Shown in pieces: positions 1-17,386 of a DNA stretch of 64,000 bases (positions are counted from its first letter, which is position 1; every line of letters begins with the position of its first letter). Under the pieces are notes generated by a model. The model was given only the letters and a program-made list of their open reading frames with translations. It did not search any database and was not told the DNA's origin. The DNA comes from Eledone cirrhosa (Eukaryota), in assembly GCA_964016885.1 (NCBI GenBank), contig OZ024745.1:22072001-22136000 (forward strand), read 5' to 3'. The position numbers and the translations under genes are program-made.

Positions 1-203
1 TATATACATATGTATATATACATATGTATACATATATATACATATATATACATATATATACATATATATACATATATATATACATATATATACATATACA
101 TGTATATACATATGTATATATATACATATGTATATATATATATATATATACATTTGTACATATACATATATATATATATGTATACATAGATATGTGATTA
201 TAT

Positions 204-349
<146 letters not shown>

Positions 350-615
350 AAAGAAGAAAGAAGGTAAAACATATGGCAGACAAAGAAGGCATGGTTGTCG
401 ATCAAGAACGGCTGGAAATTTCACAATAATTTCCAACCATCATACACATCTTTTCTCTATTTTTCCCTTACAATTTATTTGCCGTCTTTACTTAAGAAAT
501 TCTACGTCTTTTTAGAATATATATTTCTCCATTTCGTTTGTTCTCTTTCCATTTCTTCATATATTCATCTTTTCTTTCCAAGGTAGAAAGAGGAAAATAT
601 TTTTCTTAAAAACAC

Positions 616-694
<79 letters not shown>

Positions 695-697
695 GCA

Positions 698-746
<49 letters not shown>

Positions 747-846
747 AGTGGTGGAACACTGGAAGGTAATATCCGTAGTGGTTGTTCACCATACCGGGCC
801 TGTTCCTATAACCATACACAGCCCTCTTCCTATAACCATACACAGC

Positions 847-886
847 CCGAGCTGAAGATCCGCGAAGGTGAAACAATTGTTCTCGG
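847..886 (+). ncRNA. Minimal type I hammerhead ribozyme
   Basis: ccgag-CTGAAGA-tccgcgaaggt-GAAA-caattg-TT-ctcgg: stem I 5 bp, palindromic loop 3, GUU site. Confidence 0.82.
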
Positions 887-953
887 TATGGTGAACTAAC
901 TGTTGTGTAACCACTTCTATATATATGTATATATATATATACATGTATATTTA

Positions 954-1023
<70 letters not shown>

Positions 1024-1168
1024 AATAAGGGCGCTGCGGAGTTGCAAATGGGTTACATATGAAAAAAGCTCGTCCTTCAGTGATCTTCCAACCATCATAG
1101 GCATTTCATCGCTTTAAAGACCATATACCTCCGGTTGGTGCGAGCAACGGCTAAAAAAAGTCGCTGGG

Positions 1169-1257
<89 letters not shown>

Positions 1258-1382
1258 TAAGATTGGACGCCTGACGGCCAAGCCTAAACTGTTTCGATGG
1301 CATATTGTATATTCGTATCACTGGTTAAGACGACTAACATCTCATACAAACATACATACATAGTATATATATATATATATTT

Positions 1383-1556
1383 AGGAAAAAGTTTAACCCC
1401 GACAGCAGAGCTCAAGCCGTTTCGACGACGGAAATAGCCGTCGAAACGGCTTGAGCTCTGCCGTCGGGGTTAGACTTTTTCCTATTACCCACTCTACTAC
1501 CCTAAGTATTGAGTACTCTGGTGCGTTATGATCCATCTGGTTCCTTACCACACTAC
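1383..1556. repeat. Fold-back element family F1 in (TA)n
   Basis: Arms aggaaaaag..gagctcaagccgtttcgacg / cgtcgaaacggcttgagctc..ctttttcct plus a one-sided tail; five copies in the window. Confidence 0.85.
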
Positions 1557-1562
1557 ATATAC

Positions 1563-1628
<66 letters not shown>

Positions 1629-1940
1629 TCTTTCTAACTTAGCTACGCTATACGCTTTGTTATATTTCCTACCTAATATTTTTTATCAATTATATGTATG
1701 TAAGTGTGTGAGTATGTGAGAATTTGTGCTCTTGCATATGTATGTATATCTATGTGTGTGCTTAAACTTACATTTGTATTGTATGTATGTTCATAACCCA
1801 CACATACATGTGTGTGATATATGTGTGTCTATGTTCTTATATGTCTATGTTCGTAATTGTGTGTGTGGGTGTAATAGGGATATTTTAAAATACTCCTTTT
1901 GTTTCCTTATATCCGAACATACTTGTATATGCACACTAAT

Positions 1941-1996
<56 letters not shown>

Positions 1997-2249
1997 ATAT
2001 GTATGTATGTATATATATATATATATATATATATACAAAAATATATATAAATATATATATATACATATATACATGTATATACTTACATATATATATATAT
2101 ATATATATACATATATATATACATAAATAAATATAAATATATATATACATATATATATATATATTTACACATACATATATATATATATACGTATATATAT
2201 ATATATATATATGGATGTGTGTGTGTCTGTGAATATATATTTCTCTCTC

Positions 2250-2339
<90 letters not shown>

Positions 2340-2950
2340 AATATATATATACATACAAATATATATATACATACAAATTCAAACTTTAGTTATTTTCATA
2401 TATTTTTCATTTAAGTTTTTATTTTATGTTTTCAATCCGAATATTCCGATTTTATAGAATTTTAAAATCTTCTCTCCGGTTTTAAAGTAGAATATTACAG
2501 CTGTAATATCGTACAGACTGGAAGATTGTTTCCAGACAAAAGCCGATTTCCGAAAAAGGACTTAAAACGGATCGATGCCGCAATCTCCCAGAGGGCCCTC
2601 TTTTTCCGGTGATATGATCGCGTCTTTAATCTGATTTTAAACGAAGACAAAGCAAAATGTACGATATATAATACTAAGCTACAAACATACGCATGTGAGC
2701 ACATAACAAACCACATGCCAGCACACACAAATAAACACTCAACACACACACACTCTCTCTCTCACATACACACACAAATATATATATATGTGTGTGTATG
2801 TATATATATATGTATATATATATATACTTATATGTATATATATTTATATATATATATATATATATATACATATATGTATGTATATATGTGTGTGTGTGTG
2901 TGTATATATATCTATATCTATATCTATATCTATATATATGTATATATGTA

Positions 2951-3019
<69 letters not shown>

Positions 3020-3096
3020 TTATATATTTATATATATATATAAATATATATATTTATATATGTATATATATATATGTGTATATATATATGTATATT

Positions 3097-3135
<39 letters not shown>

Positions 3136-3371
3136 CTGTGTGTATATATATATATACATATATATATATGTATTATGTTTTCAATTTGTGTCACTTTATT
3201 TTATTTTAATATTCTCAACGTGCATTTTTGTAGGCCTTCTTTTTAGTGGCATTTAGCATGCATAAGTATGTCGTCCTACATATTACTACACACTAGCAGA
3301 CATTTCCATACACAGAAGACAAATTATAAAAGTATAGCAGATGATAACATTACAAAAGCTACAAAATATTA

Positions 3372-4930
<1,559 letters not shown>

Positions 4931-4939
4931 CGATAGCAA

Positions 4940-6270
4940 CTAACAGCGCGGCGATCGAATGTGGCTTTTTAGCCCAGCCAATGATCTAAAATGTCTTGCA
5001 CAGAGTCGGCAACCAAAACATTCACTGGGAATAGTCGTCTGTGGTTGGAGTTCGTGTACTTTTGCATGTCGCTTGAGCCCTCCTGCTGATCTACATTCTC
5101 TACCACATGTTTGGCAAGCATGATGAATAGCATCTCCAACAGCAGCCTGGTAGTCAACCACTGGTCTTACTTTATGACTGCGAAGATGACTTTCGAGTCC
5201 AGCTTTGCTTAGGCAGAGTCTCGCACAGACGCTGCATGTCAGCATCATAGGAGGACCCTCGCCGTCTGGAAGTGCAATGCCCTTCCTCACATCCCGCTTT
5301 ACTTTTTCGTATGCGATTCGAGATGCCTCAAAGGCAACTTTTCCCTCATATACAGTCTTTCTCCATTTATTACGATCAGCAGCAATATTTTCCCATGTAT
5401 CAGCAGAGATGTTAGCGCCTTTCAAAGAGGCTTTCATGGAATCCTTATACCTCTTTTTTGGTTTGTGTGGCGGTCGTTTTCCTTTAACCAACTCTCCATA
5501 AAAGAGTTGTTTTGGTATTCTAGAATCCTTCATCCTGGCAAGGTGACTACTCCAACGGACTCGTTGCTTAAGCACAAGAGCTTCTATACTATCACACATA
5601 GAGCTTTCCAAAATCTCGACATCACTGATGTGGTCCCTCCAGTGAACGCCAAGGATCCGTCTGAGACACAACTGATGGAAGCGCTCCAATTGCCTAAGGT
5701 GGTGCCGATATGTGACCCAGGTCTCGCAGGCATAAAGAAGACAAGAGAGCACACATGCCTTGTACACCTTTACTTTTGTCTTCCTGCATATGTCTCGCCG
5801 ACCCCAGAGTCGCCTTTCTAGCTTTCCGAAAGCATCACTTGCTTTCCTAATCCTAAGTGAGATTTCACTGTCAAGGTTGCTGTATCGATTGACAGTGCTT
5901 CCCAGGTAGACAAACTGATCAACCACTCCAAGTCGTTTACCACACACATAGATATTTGGTTCAGTGTACTGCTTACCAGGGGCAGGTTGGTACATGACGA
6001 CGGTTTTCTTGAGACTGACAGTCAATCCTAGGGCAGTGCAAGCATCAGAAAATGCATTCAAAATGTGCTGCATATCACTCTCTGTGTGCGCTACAAGATC
6101 GCAATCATCTGCATACAAGAGGTCTCTTATGATTGATGTAAATACTTTTGTCTTTGCAGCAAAGCGCCTCATGTTAAATATGCTGCCTGAGGTTCGATAT
6201 CGGATGTAAACACCATGCTCGCAATTCCTGAATGCAATACAGAAAACCATTGCAAAGTATATGGCAAACA
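4940..6270 (-). mobile_element. 5'-truncated RTE (BovB-like) LINE: C-terminal part of RT, thumb and three C2H2-like zinc fingers
   Basis: LLYADD, F.YLGS, LLYACETW, RW..HL.RM...RIPKQLFYGEL; tail with CSVC..H..SH, CQTC..H..VH, CRLC..H. The first codons of the listed ORF are microsatellite. Confidence 0.92.
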
Positions 6271-6336
6271 GATGTATATACATACATACATACATACATA
6301 TATAAATATATGTCTATACATACATATATATATATG

Positions 6337-6401
<65 letters not shown>

Positions 6402-6404
6402 CGT

Positions 6405-6680
6405 AAATTCAATAGTTCGATTCCGGACGGCACGTTGTGTCCTTGAGCAAGATACTTTATTTCATGTTGCTCCAGTCCGCTCAGCTGGCAAAATGTGTTG
6501 TGCCTGTAATTCGAAGGGCCAGCCTTATCCCTTTCTGTGTCACGCTGAATCTCCCCGAGAACTATGTGAAGAGTAAGCGTGTTTGTGGAATGCTTAGCCA
6601 CTTGTATGTTTCACGAGAAGGCTGTTCCGTTGATCGTATAAATTGGAACACTCATTGTCCTAACTGACGGAGTGCCAGTT
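6405..6680 (+). mobile_element. CORE-type SINE family B (other copies near 23630-23865, 24295-24545, 34515-34800, 40075-40590, 51255-51765, 57010-57130)
   Basis: tgtgtccttgagcaagatactttatttcatgttgctccag core recurs; the copy at 34520 has tRNA A/B-box-like motifs. Confidence 0.7.
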
Positions 6681-7943
6681 ATATATATATATATGTATGT
6701 ATAAATAGAAATATATTTATGTATACACGTATATATGTATGTTTGTGCATGAATGTATTTTTGTAATATATGTAGAGCAATAAAACGACTGTGCTTCGTT
6801 ACAGATGGCCATGTGTTTCGTTTTCTTGGAACTTTTTCACAAGCATTCTTTTGAAAAATCTCACACAAGTAACGAGACATGTTACTTTGTAATTATTTCT
6901 GATTCAGGCACAAGGACAACAAGCACAAGGACAACTATTTTGGGAGCAAGGGAATGTCGATTAAATCGTCCCCAATACATTACCGGTACTTTATTAATCA
7001 ACCCCGTAACGATGAAAGGCAAAGCTAACCCAGGCGGAAGTTGAACTCAGATTGTAAAGAAACGTAACTCTAATATTATCTCAGATGTCTAACTACCTAA
7101 TATATTTTTGATTAATTGAATGGGGTTTCTAGTTTATTACTAGCTCTTCAACGATATCAGTGTATTTGTATCTGAGTGCGTGTGGTTGTAAATATTACAT
7201 TTTAAATTGAGGTATTAAGGAGTTTTCCCATGAAGCGTATCTACGTTTGATTGGCTTTCACTCTGTCCAATCGCTGAAACCTAAGTCAATCTGTATCCCA
7301 AAGTAACCGAAGCGAATTAGGTTCTGTTACACCCACGAAATAAGAAAAAAATACGATCATGTTTGCTAAGTCCTCTCTTTCTGACAACCCCTTGCGGTTG
7401 TTTCCCCCTGTGTATGTGTCTGCTTGTGTACGCAGAATTTCACATATATAGATATATCTCTCTGCATAGGTCAGCTCAAGCGCGCGCACACTCATGCCTC
7501 TTCACTTTCACAGCAATCGGCTGTGTTATGGTCTAACGCACATTCAATCGAAGTTTTTCCAGTGGAGCCTTCTGGTATTCTTGACCCTAGGACCACCTCG
7601 CTACTCCCCACTATCGGTACAGTGTTAGCTACCCACAGGTGTGAATCGCGGGAATTGAGTTGGTCTTCCAACGCGTCTCCCTCTCCGTCCTCCGGAGAAA
7701 CGCCTTCTCTATCCTGTCCACGCGGGGTGGCCAGCGCGCTGGCTCCCATTTGCATATAAAAATGAGAGATGGGGAGAGTGACAGAGACAGAAGCAGTTAC
7801 TTTTCAAATCCTTATATCAATCTATCTACATAAATATATACGTGTGTTTATTGGCGAGCACGCTATGTTTTGCATAGAAAAACATACAAAACAACACACA
7901 CGCAGACACGCACGTGTGCGCTTACATACATTCATCCACACAA

Positions 7944-7981
<38 letters not shown>

Positions 7982-8076
7982 GTGGAACACTGGAAGGTAA
8001 TATCCGTAGTGGTAGAGCACTCAGTCCAAGGGACGAGTTAGGTAGAGGTGGTTACACAACAGTTAGTTCACCATAC

Positions 8077-8114
8077 CGAGAACAATTGTTTCACCTTAGC
8101 GGATCTTTAGCTCG
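8077..8114 (-). ncRNA. Hammerhead of the same family as 847-886 with a core mutation (CTAAAGA), probably inactive
   Basis: cgag-CTAAAGA-tccgctaaggt-GAAA-caattg-TT-ctcg. Confidence 0.65.
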
Positions 8115-8117
8115 CGA

Positions 8118-8172
<55 letters not shown>

Positions 8173-8175
<3 letters not shown>

Positions 8176-8323
8176 TAAGTTATTCCGGGTTGAATCGGAG
8201 GTAACCACAGTAAGTAAGGTACTCAATACATAGCAGAGTATAAAAGTTTTAATATAGATGAGATTCTACAGGACTAGAACTGTTTCATTAAAGAATGAAA
8301 CAGTTCTAGTCCTGTAGAATCTC

Positions 8324-8329
<6 letters not shown>
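8173..8329. repeat. Fold-back element family F3 (also 23342-23533; fragment at 36712-36738)
   Basis: ctacaggactagaactgtttcatt-aaag-aatgaaacagttctagtcctgtag. Confidence 0.82.
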
Positions 8330-8370
<41 letters not shown>

Positions 8371-8724
8371 AAATAGACAAGTATTATCTCCCTTTCAAAA
8401 TCCTCCTAATATAATATCTAAGATTACCACGTGCCAATATTCCCCAAAACACAAACATGCTTCTGTGTCCAAGTAAAATGTTTTCCTTCCTCTATTTCCC
8501 CTCTGGCTTTCTAATTCATTTTTTATTTCTCCTTTTATTTTTTGGTGAATGATTAGTGTCCGAAACGTTAAGATGATTTCCCAACTATATTATACATTGT
8601 ACTGAATTCTTTGATTTGTGTTATTCTTCACTCCCTCCATCTTGTTTCTGTGTGTCACACATAAAAACAAGATGGCGTAGGACAGAACAAAGGAGAGGCA
8701 CAAAAACAAAGAAAAGAATCCCCA

Positions 8725-8767
8725 GTCACTGAAGAGGTCACAGAATGTGTGACGAAAGAACTTTGAC
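8725..8767 (+). ncRNA. Candidate minimal hammerhead
   Basis: gtca-CTGAAGA-g-gtcac(agaatgt)gtgac-GAAA-gaac-TT-tgac; one extra G at the base of stem II. Confidence 0.55.
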
Positions 8768-8971
8768 AATATATAAACAATCATCTGATTGTGGAACCAA
8801 CCAACCGGAAATTTATAAATTCCTAAATTTATAAATTTATTATAATAAATTGAAGTGAAAGCGACTGGTGCGTGTGCTTCTTATTGGCAACATGACCCTC
8901 CCAAAGTATAACAATATCGGTTTCAACACACGTTTTCAGATAAAGAATCTTGCTAAACAAATTCAGAAACG

Positions 8972-9018
<47 letters not shown>

Positions 9019-9180
9019 TATAATGTATGGTGGAAGGCACTTCCACTCACACAACTTACACATACAAAATACACTCACACGTACGCCCGCATATAGAACA
9101 TACAAGGACAAAAGCATACGTAGACACATTTCATCTATTAAAAATCTAGATAATCCGACCACTCCTATTAGTGATTATAA

Positions 9181-9309
<129 letters not shown>

Positions 9310-9542
9310 TATTTAGATATAACGCTCATATTTGTACAAACATTCCCTGTCACCAAAAATACACATTAATATACATAGAATTGTGTGCACGTACATCGCT
9401 CACACACACATTCTCACACACATTTACACACTGAGAAAAGTACAGAGCCAGAATTGTTCGCGTTGGTCTATATTACCTAACAGATAAACAGTCCTCTCAT
9501 TGTTTCAAGTCACAAGGAATACTTATGCTCACATGAATACAT

Positions 9543-9612
<70 letters not shown>

Positions 9613-9639
9613 TTATATATATATGTGTGTGTGTTAATT

Positions 9640-9693
<54 letters not shown>

Positions 9694-9695
9694 CA

Positions 9696-10301
9696 TGGTG
9701 GCTGCCAACTCGTTTTCGAGTATGGCCACTACTTTATATCCATGTAGGAGAACCCTCACCGATGCGCTGAACTAGTGTGAGGCTTTAGTCCAGCCAGCGA
9801 CTTGAAAACTCTGGTTCAAACACTACACTTGTGACAATTATTGACACATAGTGCTGGGCCCATGGTACCATGTGATGACAAGTGCAGAGAGATCTCCAGA
9901 TATAAAGCAATGCCTGTGCCGTGAAGCTTTTATAGTGAGCAAAGGCACTGCACAAAGCCAGTCCCACTCTCTTAACCAAGATGATATTCACCAAAAAGAA
10001 GAACAAGTCAACATCATCGGATACCATCAGGGTTGCAGGTGTTATATCAGAGTTTTCCTTCTCCTAAAATTCTGCCTTGACAAAGGCTAAGGGGTCATCT
10101 CTCCCGGTGATGTTGGATGGCCATTGACTCTTAAGAGCTCCTTTGCCCTTTGACATGTTTTGTTTTTAGTCCTGCAGGATGTCCAAAGTCACCCTCCTCA
10201 CCAAGAAACCTTGGTGTGGTTGCCAGTTTAGTCGCCAACGACCCGACCATGGGACAGGTTGTACTGGGGTACATGTTACCAGTAGCACCAACTGGTGACC
10301 T
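9696..10301 (-). mobile_element. Non-autonomous internally deleted RTE derivative (5'UTR joined to terminal zinc finger and 3' end)
   Basis: RTE-type 5'UTR motif AGGAGAAGGAAAACTCTG; near-identical to 30586-31131; flanked by microsatellites. Confidence 0.75.
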
Positions 10302-10366
10302 GACATACATACATACATACATACATACATACATACATACATACATACATACATACATACATGTAG

Positions 10367-10543
10367 ATTGGCAGTATCGGTAGAGGGTCGGACGCCATGC
10401 TTTGAAGCATAGAGCTACCTCCCTATATGATCTGAGTTCCAATCCCGCCGAGGTTAACTTTGCCTTTCATCCTTACGGGGTCGATAAAATAAAGTACCAG
10501 TAATGCACTGGGTAATTGCTGACCTTGTCCCAAATGTAGAAAC

Positions 10544-10547
<4 letters not shown>
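10367..10547 (+). mobile_element. SINE family A (also 6896-7070, 11360-11510, 12161-12345, 21233-21435, 21601-21730, 58555-58830, 63920-64000)
   Basis: tctgagttcaaatcccgccgaggttaactttgcctttcatccttacggggtcgataaaataaagtaccag recurs on both strands. Confidence 0.75.
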
Positions 10548-10585
<38 letters not shown>

Positions 10586-10587
<2 letters not shown>

Positions 10588-10784
10588 CAAAGGAACTGTG
10601 GTAAGGAAACAGATGGACCATAACGCACCAGAGTAGTCAATACTTAGAGTAGTAGAGTAGGAAATATGAAAAAGTATGACCCCCGCGGCAGAGCTCAAGC
10701 CGCTTCGACGGCTATTTCTGGACATATTAGTCCAGAAATAGCCGTCGAAACGGCTTGAGCTCTGCCGCCGGGGTCATACTTTTT

Positions 10785-10788
<4 letters not shown>
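10586..10788. repeat. Fold-back element family F1
   Basis: Same arms with a longer centre (ctggacatattagtccag); (TA)n on both sides. Confidence 0.85.
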
Positions 10789-10819
<31 letters not shown>

Positions 10820-11600
10820 TTGTTTTTATATATATATATATATACGTATGTGTGAGTGAGTGTCTGTGTGTGTGTCAGTGTGTATGAGTGTGTGTATTTC
10901 TGTAATTAGGATTAAGGGAAATGTTTAAGATTTTCAAATAAAATAATGTATATGACATCTCTATGCTCGACCTAATTCAGAGAAATATGAACAGTTACGA
11001 GTACATTGATGGACTTCTAACTATATTACTGTCACGTACCAGACGGCCTCAGTTAGACGAATATATGTTCGGAATAACTGTCGGTGCCAAATGTGTCACG
11101 AGGCGCTTTGGTGGATAAACCAACATTATAATTTCCCCTTAAACATACATTCAATCAAAATATATGTGCTGGTAGTTGAGAGACTACGAGATCGTTCGGT
11201 TTCCTTATATAATATGAGGGGAGATAATGCATTATTCTCAGGTATATTTTACAAACCTGACGGAGTCCATTTCATCTCCAGGGCTGAACACAGCAGACTT
11301 TCCAGAGAAGGATAGAGAAGGAGAGAATGGGAGTGAGGAAGCGATATAAAGGAAGGATCGACCCCAGTACTAGACCCCCATATTTTTATTTCCTCAAATG
11401 AATGAAAGCAAAATTTAATCCGGTGGAATTTGAACTCAGAGAGCAGAAAGCCGACACGAATGTCGTGAATCATTCTATCCAACGTTCCAACGACTCTGCC
11501 AATTTGCTGCATACAAGGGAGATAATAGTTCTGCTTTATTCAGGAAAACGTTCCACTACTTATTTGAGTGGTACATTTTTAGTGAATGTATTTTCTATGA

Positions 11601-11840
11601 TCAGGTCACACTCGATTACTACTGGTAACATGCAATCCAGTACAAGCCGTCACAAGGTCGGGACGTCGGTGTCTAAACCGGTAACATCATCAAGCTTGCT
11701 TGGTTAGGAAGGTGATATTTAGACACCCCACGAGCTGAAAATCAACGCCCATCAAAGGGTGGAGTAACTCTGGTGTGACAACGGCCATCTAATAAGGGAA
11801 GGCAGAGCTCTTTAACCTTGGTTGGCTCTGTGTCTAGGTA
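11601..11840 (+). mobile_element. Diverged RTE 5'UTR fragment homologous to the 5' end of 9696-10301
   Basis: tcaggtcac..ctactggtaacatg..ccagtacaa..ggtcggg..ctaaac shared with the reverse complement of 10220-10300. Confidence 0.6.
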
Positions 11841-13519
11841 TATGTCCAAGTATTTATTCTAAATATCCTTCCCGGTGCTGATAGACACTTCCTAGACGTA
11901 TATATTTCACTTCCCTATAAGTTCGAAATATCAGAAATGTTTTAATAGAAATACACTTAAAGTCATTTATTCTTGTAAGAAATTTTCAGGTAATTCCAGT
12001 CACCAATTTATATATCAAATATATTCCACCAAAAATAACGCAACTATTCCTTTTACTTGTAACATTTATATTCGTAGCTATTGCCACATACACAGTCAAC
12101 TGTGCTATATTTTCGTTTAATAAATTTACCAGCCATAATCTCTTATTATTATAAAGGTAGATTGGCAATATCGGTAGAGGGTTGGATGCCATGCTTTGCA
12201 GCAAAGAGTTACGCCCCTTTATGGTCTGAGTTCAAATCCCACCGAGGTTAACTTTGCCTTTCATCCTTACGGGATCGATAAAATAAAGTACCAGTAATAC
12301 ACTGAAATAATTGCTGGCCTTGTGCCAAAAGTAGAAACAATTATTAAAAAACATATTTTTAAAGGATATATTATCAATATATAAACACTTTTCGAAACCT
12401 AAAAGAAGATACAAATCAGTCATATTTGGTCTTTGTAAGGAACAGTATCTACTTTTTCTTTAAATTTGCTAATCCATACAAGCACGTAATATTCGGTTAC
12501 ATTTTGCGCAGTTAAAATTGCTTAAATTACGTCATAATTGGTTACACGGCAAAAATAGATGAATTATTTTAAACTGTTTTCCTCAACTGTCCAACACAAA
12601 TATATTGGATCTTAAACGTTACTTGACTTATGAACAAGTTTTAACTTGTTCCTGCTTTGCCTATTTGCCAGTTGTTTATAAATGCTCGGACTCGAGAAAC
12701 CTCGAAAGCCAGGACTAAATCGTCTTCTTTTCCGTTTTTCATGTATTTTTTATATGTTAAATTTAATATCCATAAACTCTTGTTTCTTTTTGTGTTGTTC
12801 TCTTTGTAGCCTTCCTCAGATATGTGGTAGATATTTCTTTCTGGCTACAAAGTTAAACACATTTTCACTGATCTTTTGAAATTCTTGTAACAATTTGGTT
12901 TATTTCTTATACAGGCAAAACTCCTTCCTGGTTTTGTTTTCCTCTGTAATTCCGAACTTTGTATACACTCGCTATTTCATGTTATATAAAATGATTTAAA
13001 ATATCTAAACCTTTCGGCGCTCGTCCTTCAACTAAAAGAGAAAACATTTCGAGGAGAAAAGGAGAGGGGATGGGGACAAATAAAGTAAGAGCTAGATCTC
13101 GAAACGTACCAAATATGAATACACAATCTTGAAGAGATGAGACGCTAAACAATGGTAAATGAATCTGTTGGCATAATTTCTTAGTCCCAACTCAACTTTC
13201 CTCTCATTATCCTCTCCTCTCTACTCACCTCTCTCTATCCAACCCTTTCTAGTTTCATCCCTTTCTCTTTTCCTCTCTCTATATATGTTTCTATGCGTTG
13301 TTATGTGTGTGTGTGTGTGAGAGAGAGGATCGGTTGAAAAGTTCATAGGCTGACCAAGATGCTCTCATGGAATGGCCAAATGAGGTTTATGTTTTAAAAT
13401 AATCCCTAGAAAGAAACAATGCAGTTATTAATAAGAAGGGATGAAATTAATGCACGCAAGATTTCACAGTAGTAGCATCATTCCTTCCTAGTGAGCTTAA
13501 GACATTTTCAGCCGTCCCT

Positions 13520-13701
13520 CATATGTATATATGTGTTTGTGTGCGCGTGTGTGGGTTTGAGTGTGTGTATGTGTGTGTATGTCTATGTGTCTCTCTATCT
13601 CTGTGTGTGTGTGTGTGTGTCTGTGTGTGTGTGTCTATGCGTCTGTCTGTCTGCGTGTGTCTGTGTCGATGTGTGTGTGTCTGTCTGTGTGTCTGTGTCT
13701 A

Positions 13702-13733
<32 letters not shown>

Positions 13734-13918
13734 TGTGTATGTGGGGGGCCTATGTGTGTGTGTGTGTGTGACTGTGTGGGCCTGTGTCGATGTCTGTATG
13801 TGTGTCTGTGTCTGTGTTTGTCTATGTGTGTGTGTGTGTATGTGTATATATCTGTGTGTGTGTGTGTGACTGTGTGGGCCTGTGTCGATGTCTGTATGTG
13901 TGTCTGTGTCTGTGTTTG

Positions 13919-13980
<62 letters not shown>

Positions 13981-14370
13981 TGTATGCATGTGCCTTTGTG
14001 TGGCTGTATCGATGTGTATGTGTCTGTGTGTGTGTGTGTGTCTGTGTGTATGTGTCTGTGTGCATGTGTGTACGTTTATGAGTGTATGTGTGTATATGTC
14101 TGTGTGTATGTGTGTATGTGTGTCTGTGTGTATGTGTCTGTGTGTATGTGTGTATGTGCCTGTGTGTATGTGTGTATATGTCTGTGTATATGTGTATCTG
14201 TGTGTATGTGTGTATATGAGTATGTGTGTATGTGTGTATGTGTGTATGTGTGTATGTGTCTGTGTGTATGTGTGTATGTGTATATATATATATATATGTG
14301 TGTGTGTATGTGTGTGTATGTGTATGTGTGTGTTGTGTGTGTGCTTGTTTCGATGTTTGTCTTTGTGTGT
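13520..14370. repeat. Compound (TG)n microsatellite with an internal duplication of about 100 bp
   Basis: gactgtgtgggcctgtgtcgatgtctgtatg occurs twice. Confidence 0.9.
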
Positions 14371-14570
14371 AGAAGGAAGGAGAAGTTATGAAAGCGATTA
14401 CTGGCGTGGAGGGAGAGGAGTGAATTAATTAAGGTTTGGCAGGCCGCATGCTTCAAGGTTGTTGATTTGGAGAGTGGCCACCAGAAAGTCGCCCGCTTTG
14501 ACATGTCTCCTCATCAGAGTTGTTCACCACCTCTGGCTACAGTTTAGATTGGTCAATCATGTCTGTTTGG

Positions 14571-16380
<1,810 letters not shown>

Positions 16381-17352
16381 GGGGGGGGGGGTGTATGTAT
16401 GTGTATAAATCCGTCATGAATGATTTAAAAATTCCACTTCATTATTAAGCTAACCAGGTGGTGGTGATGCTGGTGGTGGTTGTGGTGGTGGTGCCCCATA
16501 AATGTTATGATATAAATGATGGATGGAAGAGCCGAATTTAGCATAGTTAAATGGTTCCTAATCTAACACCTCCACTGTAATCTGTTGGCAAGAATGCTTT
16601 CTTTGGTGTGTGAGTGCAATCGCAGGATATAATCTCAGTGGTTGCATCATACATTTTGGAATTCTTTCTAATTATTTTCTTATGCATCTGTAAAATTTTG
16701 GAAATTTGTGTCGTCGAGAGTTGGGGTTAATACATAGACGATTATCATCACTGCCGACATGATGTATGCCTGCACAATACGAGCTAACATCCTCCAATGG
16801 GCTGCCTTATAGTCGCGGTGGCTTGAATAAAGAAAGCGTTAACACGGAGGATAGCGACGGAGCGGAGTTGAAATAGCCATTCCAACAAGCGAGGTCTGTC
16901 TGGTGACTAGTCACCTCCTTCAAGGTAGCAGCATGTAGGGGTAGCAGCATGTAGGAAGGTGTCTCAGTGGTTTGTGAACCAAGGACAGCAGGCGTGTCCA
17001 AAGTTACCAGTTCAACAACCAACCTATAAGAAAGCAGTCAACAGTTCAACAACTGGCGATCTTCAGCTTGCCAGGCAACGAAACCAAGGTCTGTCACCAA
17101 ATGCAGCAAGTTGCCGCCCGTGAAAGAGCCACTCCTATCAGGGGGTTACCACCGGGGAATGGGAGTATTGTGGCGCCATCTCGTCTTTTTTTATTTTGCC
17201 TTAATTTTGTCAGTTAATGGTATTTCGTCGCATTAAAAATCATATACATCAGGTTTGTGCGAGCAATAACTAAAAAAAGCTATTGGGACAAGTGAGTCGC
17301 GTAAAACGAGTGAGACAAGTAAACAACATAGAAGGATAAAGGCAAACCGAAG

Positions 17353-17382
<30 letters not shown>

Positions 17383-17386
<4 letters not shown>

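Noticed and set aside
1085-1172. Repeat shared with 17220-17290 having a core-like heptamer and GAAA on the minus strand
   Set aside because: Position 9 is T in both copies and the stems do not close; it is a repeat but not a supportable hammerhead
1383-1556. Hairpin repeats read as CRISPR arrays, REP elements or terminators
   Set aside because: Eukaryotic context, dispersed copies, and no spacers or cas genes
13325-13410. Mariner-like TIR start gaggatcggttgaaaagtt
   Set aside because: Single end only, with no partner TIR or transposase
14480-14525. CTGATGA on the minus strand (also near 37305)
   Set aside because: No correctly placed GAAA or stems
16780-17180. GC-richer segment with TGGCG after ..AACA, resembling an LTR primer-binding site
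   Set aside because: No paired LTRs, TG..CA ends or gag/pol sequence
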